NCBI GenBank assembly: GCA_012295275.1
Contig: CM022676.1
Span: 15,252,001-15,316,000 of the forward strand
Source: Chrysomallon squamiferum
Taxonomy: Eukaryota > Animalia > Mollusca
Length of the DNA stretch: 64,000 nucleotides
Direction: 5' to 3'
Shown here: piece by piece, positions 25,703 through 40,679 of the stretch
How the letters are laid out: each line of letters opens with the position of its first letter
Numbering within the stretch: the stretch's first letter is position 1
Notes under the pieces: generated by a model
Database searches by the model: none
What the model saw: only the letters and a program-made list of their open reading frames with translations
What the model was told of the DNA's origin: nothing
Position numbers and translations under genes: made by a program

Positions 25703-26002
25703 GTCCACCGAGCATTCCTTCCAATGTGAATGTACAGAAATTCTGCTCTTCCTCCATCTCAGTGTCTTGGACAGAGGAATTTAACGGCGGCTTCATGCAA
25801 ACATTCATCGTACAGTACAGAGAAAGCACGTCAACACAGTGGAACAACGTCACAGAGAAATTTCTAGAACGTGGTCTACACACAACCCATACAACAGTGA
25901 TAGCATCTCTGAAATCAGACACGAAGTATTTTGTGAGGATTTTGGCTTATAATAAATACGGAGTTAAATGTTTTACAGAGGAGAGAGATATTGTAACAGC
26001 AG
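25703..26002 (+). CDS. Receptor 2 FN3 exon
   Basis: PPSIPSNVNVQKFCSSSISVSWTEEFNGGFMQTFIVQYR...YFVRILAYNKYG; 300 nt; acceptor ctacaag, donor gtacat. Confidence 0.9.
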
Positions 26003-26559
26003 GTACATATATTAATAACAAGGTAAAAGGTACGTTAGTACAGTTGTGCATCATATCATCTTATTTGCTTTCAGTCTTGTTAAACTTTTTTTTCACCAGA
26101 AACGTTTGTGAAATCGCCACTTCTTTTACGTTATCTTCTACATTTGAAACACATTTAAATATATATATATATGTATATAATGGAGAGACTGCAATATTAA
26201 CAATACAGCTTTATTCTGTTGTGTTTTTTTTTTTGTTGCCTAAACCGGTATACGATTTGTATTTGTATCTAACTGGAAACACCGTTTTAATTTCTTGGCA
26301 GCCGTTTACACACTGTAAATGAATTGTTTTTAACAACTTTAAGATTCAGATCATCAAAGTTGGGCTAACCCCCCACAGCAATTCCACTCAGTGATTGATT
26401 TATTCATTAGGGGAAAATACGGGTGTTATTTTCCATTTTTCCTTCTGTTTGGATGTCTTTGCTGTTGTTTTCTGTTTATTTATTTTTTTTTTTCCTTGTT
26501 TGCTGTTGTTTTTTTCTGTGTTTTTATTTTTTTTTTTCTCTGGAAGATTCAAGTATGTT

Positions 26560-27470
26560 GCATCCATGTCTTCCTCCAGAAGACTCAGTGTTATTTTTCT
26601 TGGAAGAATTAAATGTCTGAGGCTCAGTTGATCCTTTTTCTCAACTTTCCATGAAGCACATTCACGTTATTATATTAACTTTATTGTATTTTCGTATGCT
26701 TTGGTGTCATCGTTTAAATGGCCACAGAGGACAAAAGTCACCTTCCGAATGTAGAGTTGAACAAGTCACTGAGATGCACTGACCTGATATCAGTGTATTC
26801 ATTGGAAAGAGTTCGTTGATCTATCGAAGGTTAAATCTCTTCACTGATGTTACATCTTAAGGAATCAAATTATAAAGGGTTTCGTTATTGTCAAGTTCAC
26901 ACAAATCTCGAGATTTTACCACTCCCTTTAGTAGAATTAAGGGAAGAATTCTCTTTGAATGTGATGTTCACGTTACACAGAACATTTGCTTTTAGAAAAC
27001 ATTTGACATGTTTTTAAATCAAGCATTCGACTCACAAAATACGTTCCTCATTTTTTTTTTTTACCGTCTTCGGACATCCTGCCTGTCCAACAATTCACTT
27101 CTGAATTGTAAAACTGATAAGGAAGAATAGTGGAAGGTGCAGTCATGTAGCTTAGTTTTAATTATTATTAAATTTTGTTCACGGAATCTTACTGTTAGAC
27201 GATAGTGAATCAGAAGGTTCGATGTCGACTTTTTAAGGGTCCAATCAAAAACTGTTTTTTGGTTTCTTTTGGACCGCTATTTGGTTCTATATAATTCACC
27301 AGCCACCAACTCGAACAAGGAACTGTTGCGCGTAACCTCCATTGAGACATAACAAGGAAACACGTTTGATATACTTGTACAAAATACATTGAATCAACCT
27401 TTTATCCCTAGCCACCGCACCGAGAACAGCATACATAGGAACTCTGTACAAAAGTGATGTATTGTTAATT
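26560..27470 (-). mobile_element. I/Nimb-group LINE relic (putative 5' UTR plus ORF1)
   Basis: Minus-strand fragments SFTIQK*IVGQAGCPKTVKK, SSLNSTKG/VVKSRDL, DVTSVKRFNLR and RECASWKVEKK match recalled I-clade ORF1 (PRE_C2HC / gag-knuckle) motifs; contains stops and frameshifts. Confidence 0.75.
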
Positions 27471-27720
27471 ACTTGGTTGCAGACATTAACCATGAAGAAA
27501 TAAGACGACTCATACAAATGTTCACCCTTGCACCACTTTTCTGGTTCCTTTATTTTTGTTCCTTCCTTTTTTCTGTCATATTTTGTAAGCTGTATTTCTG
27601 CGTATTTACTGTGGCATAATGTGTACCCATTTAGTCTGTATTTTCTTTCAGTGTACACGTCTCAAATTCTAATACTTTTTTGTAGTATATCTGTATTCAG
27701 TTTAACAAGTGTGTTTTCAG

Positions 27721-27834
27721 ATGACGACTCTAATGAAAACGTGATAGCAACGGCTGTTGGATCTGGATCAGGGATTCTCGTCTTAACTCTTCTTGTTATT
27801 GGAATTATTTTCATATCTCGTAGACTGAAAAAAG
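27721..27834 (+). CDS. Receptor 2 transmembrane exon
   Basis: DDDSNENVIATAVGSGSGILVLTLLVIGIIFISRRLKK; 114 nt, same length as in the paralogue. Confidence 0.88.
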
Positions 27835-27958
27835 GTTCATCATTTTGTTTCTTTGCTGTGTTATTTGTAATCTGCGAACGTGCATTTGAGTGCATCTTCC
27901 TCTGTGTGTATATGTGGCTGTGTTCATGTACATGTATGTGTGTGTATGTGTGTGCGTA

Positions 27959-28140
<182 letters not shown>

Positions 28141-28483
28141 GTATCAATAATTCAATTTGAAAGAAAAAATAAATATTTTTTGTAAGAACAGAAATTATAA
28201 TATTTATATGTAATTTCATCATTATGATTTTCATTATTATTATTAATTTTAATATTATAAAATAACAGATATTTGTATCAATTATTTTATTTAATATGAC
28301 AAATATTGTGATATTTTTTACCAGATGACTTCATCTGTATTATGCTTTTGTGGAAACCATTTTTACTTTTAGGAACTTTACTACCAATAAATTAGAATTC
28401 TAATTTTTTGTTTTATTATTATTATTTTTTTATTATTTGTTTTAGTTTACACCTGCCATTTTTACTGAAATCTTGTTTTTCAG

Positions 28484-28517
28484 GAAATGGAAAAGACAAA
28501 CATGATTATGAAAAAAG
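28484..28517 (+). CDS. Receptor 2 cytoplasmic micro-exon
   Basis: GNGKDKHDYEK; acceptor tttttcag, donor gtaatg; 34 nt. Confidence 0.8.
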
Positions 28518-28845
28518 GTAATGCTAACTGACAGTACAGGTGAATACAGTTTAAATTGTTTGGTAGCTGTGTTGATGCATATATGTCCTCCTTCACAGCA
28601 GTGATTACACATTTCAGTCCTTACACGAGAATATTTATTATGCAAATGAAAGGTTAAGAGTCTCCTGATAAAACATCCTATCCCGTATCAATGTAGATGA
28701 CATTCTAACGTCCACAATTCAGAGGTTCAATGATCGGTGAATCTCTAAATGTAAGCAGTTCTCGATTGATGTCTGAAATATTTATGTGTGTTAACCTCTG
28801 GTTTGTTGACTATCACGTAGACATTTTGTCTGTTTCAAATCACAG

Positions 28846-28895
28846 AAATGACCCAGAACCGCAGTCTCCAACATACGAAAATCTTCCGTCTGAAC
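28846..28895 (+). CDS. Receptor 2 cytoplasmic exon (may read through to the stop at 28942)
   Basis: RNDPEPQSPTYENLPSE; acceptor tcacag; donor gtaggt, or read-through RRWSVLLIAINSVFN*. Confidence 0.75.
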
Positions 28896-29459
28896 GTAGG
28901 TGGTCAGTTTTGTTAATAGCTATTAATTCAGTTTTCAACTGAAGGTTTTATAATGAATCTTAAATGAAAAAATGATGAATTCATTAATAAAAAATGTCTA
29001 AAGAAGGGGCCTGAAAAAGAAGACTTAAAAAAAGATTCCAAAATGCAATGACATAAAATATTTCATTTATATATTTATATATAAAAACGTCATTATTTTG
29101 ATTACATGATTAATTAGAAAATAATTTTTTATGATATGATGTTTAGCATCTTTCTATGAAACTACGAAGTTTGAGCAGTGTGAGTTTTTCCATAGATTAG
29201 TATTTATCTTTCTAGTTGTAAATAAATTTGCACTCTGGAAATGAAATTATATAACAATTATTCACTATTATTGAATTTTTTTAATCAAAACAGCTAATTA
29301 AACACACGTTTTGCTTTTCATACGAAAACGTTGGACAAATCCGTTTTAAATGAGGTTTACTTCAAGACAATGTAATATACAGTGCATGTTTGTATAGTAT
29401 TTTATATTCTAAAATTAGTGTTTTTCTTTCAATTAACTGATACTGTACAGCATATAATT

Positions 29460-29865
29460 GGATAAATCTGTAAAAAAGTGATTAAACTATGTTTTTTTTC
29501 ATATTCTAATTAATCTATATATATTAAATTTGTGGTTAACCTCTGTCTACAAAACTTCTACTTACTCTATGTCTTGTGGAATTGTGACTTAACTGTGTTT
29601 AGTAAAATTCTAGTTAATCTATGTCCATTAAAACTGAGAATGAACTACATCTAGTGAAATTGTTATTAATCTGTCTAGTAAATTGCAAAGAGCTGCGGCT
29701 ATTTAATTGTGATTAAATTTTGTCCAGTAAAATTCTAATTAGTGTTTCCTTAGTAAAATTGTGAATAATACATGTCTAGTAAAACTGTTATTAAACTATG
29801 CCTAGTAAGATTCTAATTAAACTATATCTAGTAAAATTCTGATTAATTTGTTTCTGGTAGAAACA
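29460..29865. repeat. Degenerate ~26-bp minisatellite
   Basis: Unit approximately tagtaaaattgtgattaaactatgtc; a shorter inverted homologue lies at ~18550-18660. Confidence 0.8.
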
Positions 29866-30949
29866 GTGTATGACATTTATGTTTTGTACAAACAAATAAG
29901 TTAGATTTTTGACATGTTATCTAACTGATGACAATAATTTGTAATATCCATGTGATACTAGAGCCCAGAGGAAGAATATTTAAAATGTCACTTAATTATT
30001 ATCCACATAACACAAAACAGACGAAAATACGTTTAGAGTATTATTATTTGTTGTCATAACAAAATACAATGAAACTAATACTCAGTCATGAACAGTATAA
30101 CATATTTATTTTCGTTACTTATAACAACAGTTGTGTAATCTCATTTGTCACATTAACTTGCCTTTAGCAGCAATATGTCCTAAGCATTTCCACAGCAGTC
30201 AAATTCACAAGGTTTAGTCCACTATTTATATCTATCGCAAGGCTATCGTATTCAAGTCGGTGTTATTTAAATATTACGTTACTTAGCGGACGCCAAAGAA
30301 ATCAACTAAACACTGACTTACATCTGAACTAGTACGTCAATTAAATTACTGGTCAAAACCAGTCTATATAATGGTATTCCATTAATTTAGTATAATCAGT
30401 TATGCATTACACAGACACCTGTATGCCATATTTGTCTACATAATAATGTATGACATCATTTAGAAAAAAGCATAAATTAAGGGTGTTTTATATATAATAA
30501 TTTATAGATTTTAAGGTAGCAAAGAGTGAAATTAGGAAGAAATAACCTCACTTTATTAGTAAGAATCAGAAAATAAAATAAATAAACAAGACACGAACCA
30601 TAAGCAACTATTACAATGAGTAATGACATAGAATTCTGTACATTTTCTTCACTGTACGCTGAAGTATGTTTGGGAGTACAACACTTTCAATGAAGATATA
30701 ACCATAACATGTAACTAGATAAATATCTTTAACACATAGACACATAAAATATAACTATAGAACCAGAACGAGAAAAAAAAATGAAGTTGTAGCAGTAAAA
30801 TATATAATGATTTGCAATGTTATATATTTAAAATGTATTTATTTCTTTAATTATTTATTTTTATTTTTTATTTAAATAGTTCTCTCCCTTTCATGTGAAA
30901 ATATGTTGTAGTCTCATCCAATAAGTTACATAAACGGTATTTCGACATA

Positions 30950-33620
30950 AACGTTTAAACATATTTTTGATATTAAACAAATTATTGTTTGATAATATAG
31001 CTGGATTTATCTGGTACACCGTTTCTCGCATCATCGCTTTTAAATACATAATGACATTTATCTACACATTTGTCAAGATTACAAATATCTTACAATACTA
31101 AACCAGCTTTAACAGCAAGTTTAACATCAGAGTTCTAATTTTACATAAGACATGAACATTCGCTTGAACACTGCTCGTCTCTAGAGCGATTGTTTTTCAG
31201 CAACTTCCCTTTTTAGCGACGTGTGTTAAAGCGTTTTACTGACAAGAGTTATATCGTACAGAAACCGTAAAGTAACGAATAATTACAAAAGACTTGATAA
31301 TGAAGAGTGCTGTTCCAGAAAATTCCAGATTTCTTTACACTTTTGTCTTGTGCTTAGTGCTCCAAAGTAAGCGCTTAAAAACTCATCGGTATAGCAATGA
31401 TCGCTAAAGAACATGAGAACCCGTTTGACAAAGCTCTATAAGAATTTCCTAATTTCGATACATTCTTAATTAATACAATTTATAATGAATACACTTTGAC
31501 AAGGTTTCAGGTTTTCCATATTTGCAGTTATCGATAATGTAATGTTTTGGATACCGTTTGAAGTATCCATTTAATATTACGAAAATTGTGTTATGTCCAC
31601 ATGTACTTTTAACCAAATCGTCTAAAATATTTTTCACAAATCTGACAACATTCATTAAATAAAATAGTTATGAGGAAATCTTGTTTTGACTTTCAAATTA
31701 GGTTCCCCAAAATGTTATTATTCCTAATTTTATAGAAATATAAAGGGGATATCGTCCCAGTTCTCCATAGATTATAGAACCAGGGGTACATTTATTAACA
31801 CTTAATAACTACTTTTCTATTAAACGTATACTTATAAAACCCTGCAATTCCACAACAAAATTGGTTGCATTAGTTTATCAAATAAATCAAGTACACAGTC
31901 GATGGAGAAACTGTTCTGATGGTTTTAAGCTTTCATTGGTTTGTTATTTACCTTTGTTATGTACGTTGTAAGTGAATAGACTTTGTGTTCTTTATGTCTA
32001 TGTCCATCTATAGTTATTAGTCATATCAGTATTTTATTCATAGCACTAGCACATATAAACACAAAGTTTTCTCCGTTTAAAGATAATCATTATCTTAGTT
32101 TTGTGATTAATATTAAGAGTATGCTGTAAAGGATCAGAACATTTTGCTAACAGTACTGTAATGTCAGCACATAGTAGAATAAAAGTTTTAAATAAACATT
32201 ACATTTTTTATTGTTGCAATTTATTCTGTTACATTTGCCTTACTGTCTATGAGAAACTCCTCTAAATCATGTAGAAAACTAAAATACCTACAGATTTTCT
32301 CCTTGGGTGACACCGATTTCAGAATCAGATAAGAAACTATTTATTGATTTAGTAATTATTATTTTTAACTTATTTACATTTCTTTATTAAAATAATTAGA
32401 GACTATAAAGACAATAAGTGGTGCGTTATGGAATAACGTTTACGTAATACAGCTTGACTTTGAAAAAGCAGGTTTGTTGTATCTGCACACTTATTTAATT
32501 CAGAATTCAGTACAGATTCAAATAATTTACCGAAAGAGATTGATAATGTAGCTGGTGTACAGATTTTTAGGTAACATTTGGCACTTTTATTCTTATATTC
32601 TGGTTTAACGAGTCCCATTAAATGTTTGTTATGGAATAAAGCTTGATTTTGTAAAAGCAGGTTTGTTTTATCTGTGTACTTATTTAATTCAGAATTCAGT
32701 ACAGATTCAAATAATTTACCCTTAACCAACTAGATGGTACAGTTGATGTTTCAAGTATAACGTTAAACAATAGAACATATAAATGTAACATAATATTAAC
32801 AGTATATATTAATATATTCATCAGTAATAAAGTCTTCTCCGCCTGGTTGATCACTGTTCTAGATATTTCGTCGGCTGAAAAAGGATTGTTCAAAATATCA
32901 TTAGTGGCTTCTTGGCTTTCAGTGTGCAATTTTCATCAACGTTACAATTAAAGGATGTGAAAAAATATCAATTCACACATCTACTTCAGTTTGTATTGCT
33001 ATTAAGAACTGACCAGTACTCTATTGTATTTGACGTGTTTTATCCTTTTCATTTTACGTTTAATAGATATTTTACGTTCCCTAATTGATCTATTTAGTGT
33101 TTGTTTGAATTGATTATGTTTGTAGTTAAAGTTAGCTTTCAGTATACCTCCACCATATTGTTTATATCTTTGTCTCTCTTCCCTGACATCTTTTTAGCAG
33201 TTTTGCAAACTCTGTTAAACCAGACCTGATTATAGCGAAGCTAATTGTAATATAGGTTGGTTTGTTTCAAAACCTATCTTTAGCTGCAGTTATAAATATT
33301 ACATTTATATCTGAGAAACTATTATTAAAAAATTCAGAATTAACGTGGGCAGACATGCAATTTTGTAAGTTTTGTGATATTTCATTTAATAAACGCTCCT
33401 GCTTTTTAAAGTTATCATCAAATTATTGCTTTTATTCATTACCCCATTTCACTGGGACTTCCTTACAGCTTAGTGTTTTCTGGAGATACGTGTGTATGTA
33501 GTTTGGCCTATTGACATTTCATAACTCATATATCTTTATCTACTCTTCTAGTCACTATAAGCATGTTATTGTATGTATAGAAATCAAGGAGAATATGACC
33601 ACAGTTATTTTTATGTTTAT
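30950..33620 (-). mobile_element. CR1/L2-like LINE ORF2 relic, fragmented
   Basis: NDILNNPFSADEISRTV, LYVLLFNVILETSTVPSSW, GKLFESVLNSELNK, QSQAVLRKRYSITHHL (RT N-terminus); LCKIRT.DVKLAVKAG and ICNLDKCVDKCHYVF (C-terminal region); multiple stops and frameshifts. Confidence 0.8.
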
Positions 33621-33638
33621 ACTCGTTGTTTTAATATA

Positions 33639-34110
<472 letters not shown>

Positions 34111-34329
34111 CTTTAAAATAGTGTGAATTTTATATAAAATGAAAATTAAAAAACAACCCCCTCAAAAACAAAACAACAACAAGCAGTTGATATAAATAAG
34201 TAATATTAAATGTTATATATTATTATAGATTAATTTAATTTATTTACAAATTTGTCTTCCTGTTATGCAAGATCACGCGCGTAACAAATTACAATTGATT
34301 TTAAAACAATTTTAAAAAGCTGTTTTGCC

Positions 34330-34930
34330 CCATCCCCGAATATTTCAGTATACTCGTCACAGCTTTTTTGACGAATCTCGCCCAGCATATCAAATTAAAT
34401 CTGTAACGTGTATGTTTTTTATGTAGGTGAGATAAAAATAGCGTGTCACTGATACACGAGATACACTAAAGTACACCCAGTGTTATTATTACATCTTACA
34501 CAGCGCCTACTGTTTTACTAGGTTAGAGCAAGACAGACTATTCTAAGTGACTGTCATACGTGTAAACTGTTTTGTGTGTATATGTATGTTTGTCTTCATC
34601 TTTTCAGACGTGTGTCTGTATATATATGTCTATGTGTCTATGTATGTTATGTGTGTATGTCTGTACGTGTAGACATATTTCTTTACTTACAGATTGTTAC
34701 AACAAGGATGTAGAAACACGAATCCCGTAGTAACATAAATCCTCCATTATTTCTATTAGTAGCTATTAAAGTGTAACGAGCGCTTTACCACTGATAGGAC
34801 AACACAGACCACTGCACACGAAAAGCATCAACTTGACATAAAACAGATGACACTCTTTTCAAAAAAAATATAAGAATTTCTAGATACCTTTCTCATCCAA
34901 AACACTCATGATTATATTAATCATTTAGTA
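34330..34930 (+). mobile_element. piggyBac-like transposase relic, core deleted (copy at 44840-45460)
   Basis: PEYFSILVTAFLTNLAQHIKLNL* at 34335 resembles the piggyBac P..YF.LF....L..I...TNLY motif; joined through a TG tract to the 3' part. Confidence 0.55.
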
Positions 34931-35859
34931 AGAGCTCAAAGTACTTTCATTATATCTTTCACGCAAGAAACGATATGATTATATAAAAGTAAAATTCATT
35001 GAGTATTTACTAATTTACATGTTGATAACGCATTCACACATCGCCGTTGTATTATGAATGGTTGCGTACTGTAGTCACACGTAATGCTATTTTAAGTAAT
35101 ACTACTAATGATATGATTATTTTTAAGAATCAATTATTTTCATGTGTTTTGTTTTAGAGAAAGTAAAGATATTTATTTCCCAAATTCTGAATTTGCTGAA
35201 AAATGTATCCAAACTGACTGAATCCGTATAGATGTTCATAGGAGAATATCCTGTAATTGAACATTCAAATATAAGAATTGTTCACTGAATCGCACACACT
35301 CACACAAACACACATACACACATACACACACTCAGACACACACACACACACGCACACACATACGCACTCCCAATCACATTTAGAAACTCTCACGCAAGTA
35401 TCTACGGATATCTCAGATTTGTGCAGTATATATAATGGCAAACTATTTTGAATAAATAATCAGAGACAGACAGGTAGATAAAGATAAACGGACAGACAGG
35501 TAGACAGACTGCCACAAAGAAAGGTTTTCTTCACTGTTCTTGATAACAATACTTTTTTATTTCATCCGTGTGATACGTTCCACTTCAGCTACTAGTAACA
35601 AACAAGTGTGTGATTATCAGTTAAACTGCGTCAGTCAGCGTGTTATGTACATTATGAAAGGAATCAGGATTTGAATTAATTTAACTGTGTTTGATGGAGA
35701 CAGACTGATGTAGTCAGTTTTTAATTAAGTCATGTCTTTCTTTACGTGTATCTGGATTTATTTATTTGTAATACCTACAGACGTCATATTTATATATGTA
35801 GTTATTAAGAGTGAAATACGAATGACGATTATAATGATGATGAAGATAATAATAATAAT

Positions 35860-35922
<63 letters not shown>

Positions 35923-36963
35923 AATAACTCAAACAGAGTAAGTTCTAGATTAAATCTAATGGTATTCCGACTCTTATATTTGTTTCAAAATAACGAATAT
36001 TTGCTTCTTTGAATTTGTTAATCAAAGATTTTCAGTGTATTATTGTTTATTTTTATTTAAATTTGGAAATCAGCGATCGATACCTCGGTAATGAGTAGGC
36101 CAATTTTGATGAAAGTGTTTCATTGCTAAGGATTCCAAATTTGCCACTAGCAGGTACAACTACATTTTTGAAAAGTATCACTTTTTGTTTGACCTTGAAA
36201 TTGCCTCAAGTGAAAATTAACGTGCAATGTTTTACCTACATAAAAAAGTTCCATGAGATGTAATATTTGGATTTTAGTAATAAAATGCACTTAAAATGAA
36301 AATGCTGACAATATTTACAGATTAAATAAAACAGAAATGCACGAGACTGTAATATGGCTAAAAACTAAGATTGTGAAATTAAAATTTTTTATTTGTTTTT
36401 CTTCCGGGGTTGGGGGTTGGGTGGGGGCTGAGTTTCTCATGGAATGGACTTCAGCCATATTTTATTACACGTTGAAATCTTCTTTGTTCTTTATTCTTGA
36501 AATTATAATCATCTGGTCCTGTAGTTGTATCTTTATTACTGATTTATAATTGAACATATTAAATTACTCTCCCACATAATAAAATAAAATTTACACAGTT
36601 ACAAAATACAACATAGCTCATAGAAATAAGCAGTATCAGTGTGTTTATTTACCCGTAACAAGTAGCACGGCTTCTTTATACTTTTTATCTGACTTTGACC
36701 TCTGTAAAGTGTCGCTTGTGAACCGGAGAACTGTAACTTGTAAGATATCTGACTTCAGTCTCGTTTTCACGAGCTGACGATGGTTTTGTTAATGCGATTT
36801 TTTACACTGAAAAAAGAAAATGATGAAAATAGTGTGTCACTCATACACGATACTCACAAAAACATACTCGGACTTGTTACTGTATGTTAGAGTAAGACAG
36901 GCTGTTCTGTGTTATTGTGTGTGTATGTATGTGTGTATGTGTATGTGTGTATATATATATATA

Positions 36964-36995
<32 letters not shown>

Positions 36996-37724
36996 GTGAC
37001 TTTCACGGTGGAGAAAGCGAAACCTGATGGCAATGATTAGAAATATAATTTTCTGAAATGTATTACCTCTGTCTCTGTTCACGGTTTCAATTTGCTGTGA
37101 ATATGCTTGACAAAATTTTAATGCCGAATGCATTTCACCGTTGTGTCGATAAATGGTTTTCAGTACTGCATATTAATAAGTGAAGAAGAAAATTAATATA
37201 ACGTTCAAATAATCATATTTATCTGATTATCTTTATTATTGTTTCTTCTTCATTTTTATAGTATGTTATTATTATTATTATTATTATTATTATAATTATT
37301 ATTGTCCGTGTCGTTGTTGTTGTTATAAAACAGTTGCTATTGATGTTCTCATGAATGTTGATAAATGTAAATTATTTCTTATTTTCCTATTTATTTCTGC
37401 ACTTACGCGCAGACACTGTATTAATAATGAATTGTTCAGCTCTTCGTAAATAATACCCGGTATATCTCTGTGTATCTCGTGCAGCATAACATACCTGACC
37501 CACATAGCAAACAAACACATACTTGCTGTACTGTTATAGAAGTATCGTTCGAGCACCATTGAATGTACACGGAAGTACGTGAAAAACAAAACGAACATTT
37601 TAAAAGTATCTTTACGTCTTGTATAGCGATCTCACAAATAAAATAAGAAAAAGACAGCTGCAGAGTAATTAACATTAATGTTCAATTGTCGCATGTATGT
37701 ATTGAATCATCGAAACAGCAATCG

Positions 37725-38740
37725 GAGAAAATGACAAATAATATAAATCTATTCTTCATACTACGAAATTGTTTGATTTCATTTTTCCTGATCCACCAAT
37801 AGAACAATTTCCTGGTATCAGGATTCAATAGGGTTTTATCTCATTTTATCTACCTTGATTCCCAGACGGGTACCCGACAATTTGGCCCTGTGTAACAGAT
37901 TGACATGTTTCCAAATCTATTTGATCTAACAGTGATATAAGTGACTTCATGGTTAATCAGAGTCATGTGCATGAAGGACCTGCGAAAACCGAACTTACCT
38001 TATTTCAAAATTGTGTGAAATCTTTAGGTTGTACAAATAAACGATGAAATATGTATATAATTCAGACTGGAAACCAAATATAAATAAAATACTGTTATAT
38101 AGTTCTGTGTGACTCAAGTTACTTTGTATTCCGCTCAAATAAACGAAGTAGTATATGGTGAACTGCTGTGATGGAAACAAAACACACATTTTAATGCTTA
38201 ATAAAGATCATGATGTGGATATGATGACTTATCTTACAGACATTCAGAATGATTCGGAACAGATCAAGGATTTACTGGAGTATAATTATCATTTCCGTAC
38301 CTTAGTAATTCCCATCATGAATCAGCTTAGCCTCTCTGGGAAAGAGTTAAGTATCACACATCTTTGTTGAGGATGTTGCCGTTTGAAAAAGAATTAATTT
38401 TTCGGAAATAGCCAAAAAAATGAACAAAGAAGATAAACTTAAGAATAGTGGGTAAAATATCATGAGGTGTTAAAGATAGTGAATGACTAGGAGAGAAGTG
38501 AAGACTGTTTTTTGATTTACAGATTCTTCCCACACAGATTATGAACAGGTATCCCGAAGTCACACAATAGCTGTTACATATTTATTAGTAGTAGTCAGTC
38601 TGTAACATGAGCTTTACCACTGAAAGAACATCACCTTGTCAGAAAAGAAATGAGACTTTTCCATTAATCAAAAGTGAAAAAAATCTCAACTATAATGTAG
38701 GGATGAAGAATTTCTAGATATATTTCATATCCATTCATAA
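37725..38740 (+). mobile_element. piggyBac-like transposase relic (core to C-terminal Cys-rich domain)
   Basis: TCENRTYLISKLCEIFR at 37978; IQNDSE...VIPIMNQLSLSGKELSIT; many stops and indels. Confidence 0.6.
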
Positions 38741-40181
38741 TTACAATGATCATTTAGCAAGATATATTTTCATTATATATCAAAAGATAGGATTACACTA
38801 AAATGGATTTCATTGGTTAATGTTTTATGTAGATAACAACTTCAGAATGCGCCTGCGTTGAAAAATCACATATAATATTATTTTTAATAGCTACCATCTA
38901 ATACTTTCTGTATGTAGTATTTTGAAGACACTAAAGATAATCATTCGCTGAAGAATTTATCGAAATTAACTGAATCAGTATAGAAGTTGAGAACAAAATG
39001 TCTTTAACTAAACACACAAATATACAAATCATTGTTCACAGAATTAGCCACAAACACGCACAGATGCGCGCGCGCACACACACTCTCTGCAATCACATTT
39101 AGACATATAAGTATTCAGGGATATTTTAGCTTGCGTTTCTGAAGTATATATAACGTCAAACTATTTTGAATGCACAAATATACAGAGATACAGGCAGATA
39201 GAGGTAGCTAAAGTAAATAGACAGACCAGAACGAATACTTTTCTTCACTATTCTTAATAACAGTGCGTTTTATTTCACATGTCATACGATCCATTTTATC
39301 TACTAAAAGCTTTGAAACAGGTCTGCGGTCACCAAACAAACTATTCAGGTCGTCGTAAATAACACCCGGATACACGTTTGTGTGTGTCGTGTACATAACA
39401 AACAACCACTGATTTGTTCTCTTATCTTCATATGCACGTCATGTGAATAACGGCTGAACGCTATGAAATGTTTGGAAAACGAAAACGTTATTTTAAAATT
39501 ATCTTTACGCAATGTTCTGAAAAATAAAAACAGAAAAAGATGAACCTGCAAATAATTAACGTTAATCTATAGTAGTCATATCGATACTCATCAATGAAAC
39601 CTTTAAGTACTAAACGAATCTTTCCCTGTAAAAATAACAAAACATTTAAAATATCACTTTTATTCAGTTATTAAAGAAACTTCAAAAATGTTTTAGACAA
39701 GTATACACCCGTATTAGTTGTTTAGCATGAACGAATTTGATTAATTTTATCACAGCTTAAAAAATCCTCTCTTTTAAATATATTTTTTACTGGTCGGATG
39801 TCAACACTTCCTGGTTCACTAGTGAGATGTTCGATGATGTGTGTTTTCTATTCTCTGTGGTAAGAACGTTTGTTTTCTATCACCTGAATTACTGCAGAGA
39901 AAGGTTTAAGTTTTCTAGGTCTTAATAATAGACGATACTAAGGTATTAAGTTATTATGCTCACCTGTTCCGGTTTGTACAGGCAAAAAAAAAAAAAAAAA
40001 AGGCACAAATATTAAAAGGACACATTAGCTATATTGTTATAATAATTCCTTTACACATTAGTTACATTCACACGTGCAAATAAATAAATACATACATACA
40101 CACGCTTTGGTATCTATATTAACTTAAAAACAAATTATTTATAAAAAATAATAATTAGCCTTATCACTACTTTCTGTTCTG

Positions 40182-40213
<32 letters not shown>

Positions 40214-40679
40214 TTGTTTGTTTATGTTCAGATTACATTCCATAATCTTCGTGACAGAATATATCATCATCTAAACTGATTATTGTGTACACAATGATAA
40301 ATACCGGAGAGTTTATATTTCCATCATACAAAGTAAATTAGAAATGGAAATTAAGATTTGTGTTTGGAATTATAGCTCATACCAGCTTGACCAACATCTG
40401 TATTAACAAATGTCAGAGAACTGAGTTTGTATTTTAAAGTATATACATCAAAAAAACTAATTATGAAAACCATAGGTATGTTTATTAAAATTAAAATTAA
40501 ATATCAATTTATGTAGGTAAGATAGTATTAAAGGTTATAAGTTATTATAGACCAGTTTTGTTTAATTCTGCATTTTTGTCTTCTTGTTATGCAAGATAGC
40601 TCTGATAAAACATTACAACTTACCTAGAGATAGCTTAAAAAAACAACAACAAAAAAACAACAAACAAATAGTTTTGTTT

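Noticed and set aside
7531-25922. ORFs 7531..7824 (+), 22289..22606 (+) and 25671..25922 (-)
   Set aside because: Antisense shadows of the SRCR and FN3 exons.
29290-29355. SYENVGQIRFK* as a replacement terminal exon for receptor 2
   Set aside because: It needs a phase-0 acceptor while the upstream donor is phase 1, and the sequence is homologous to the non-coding 3' region of receptor 1.
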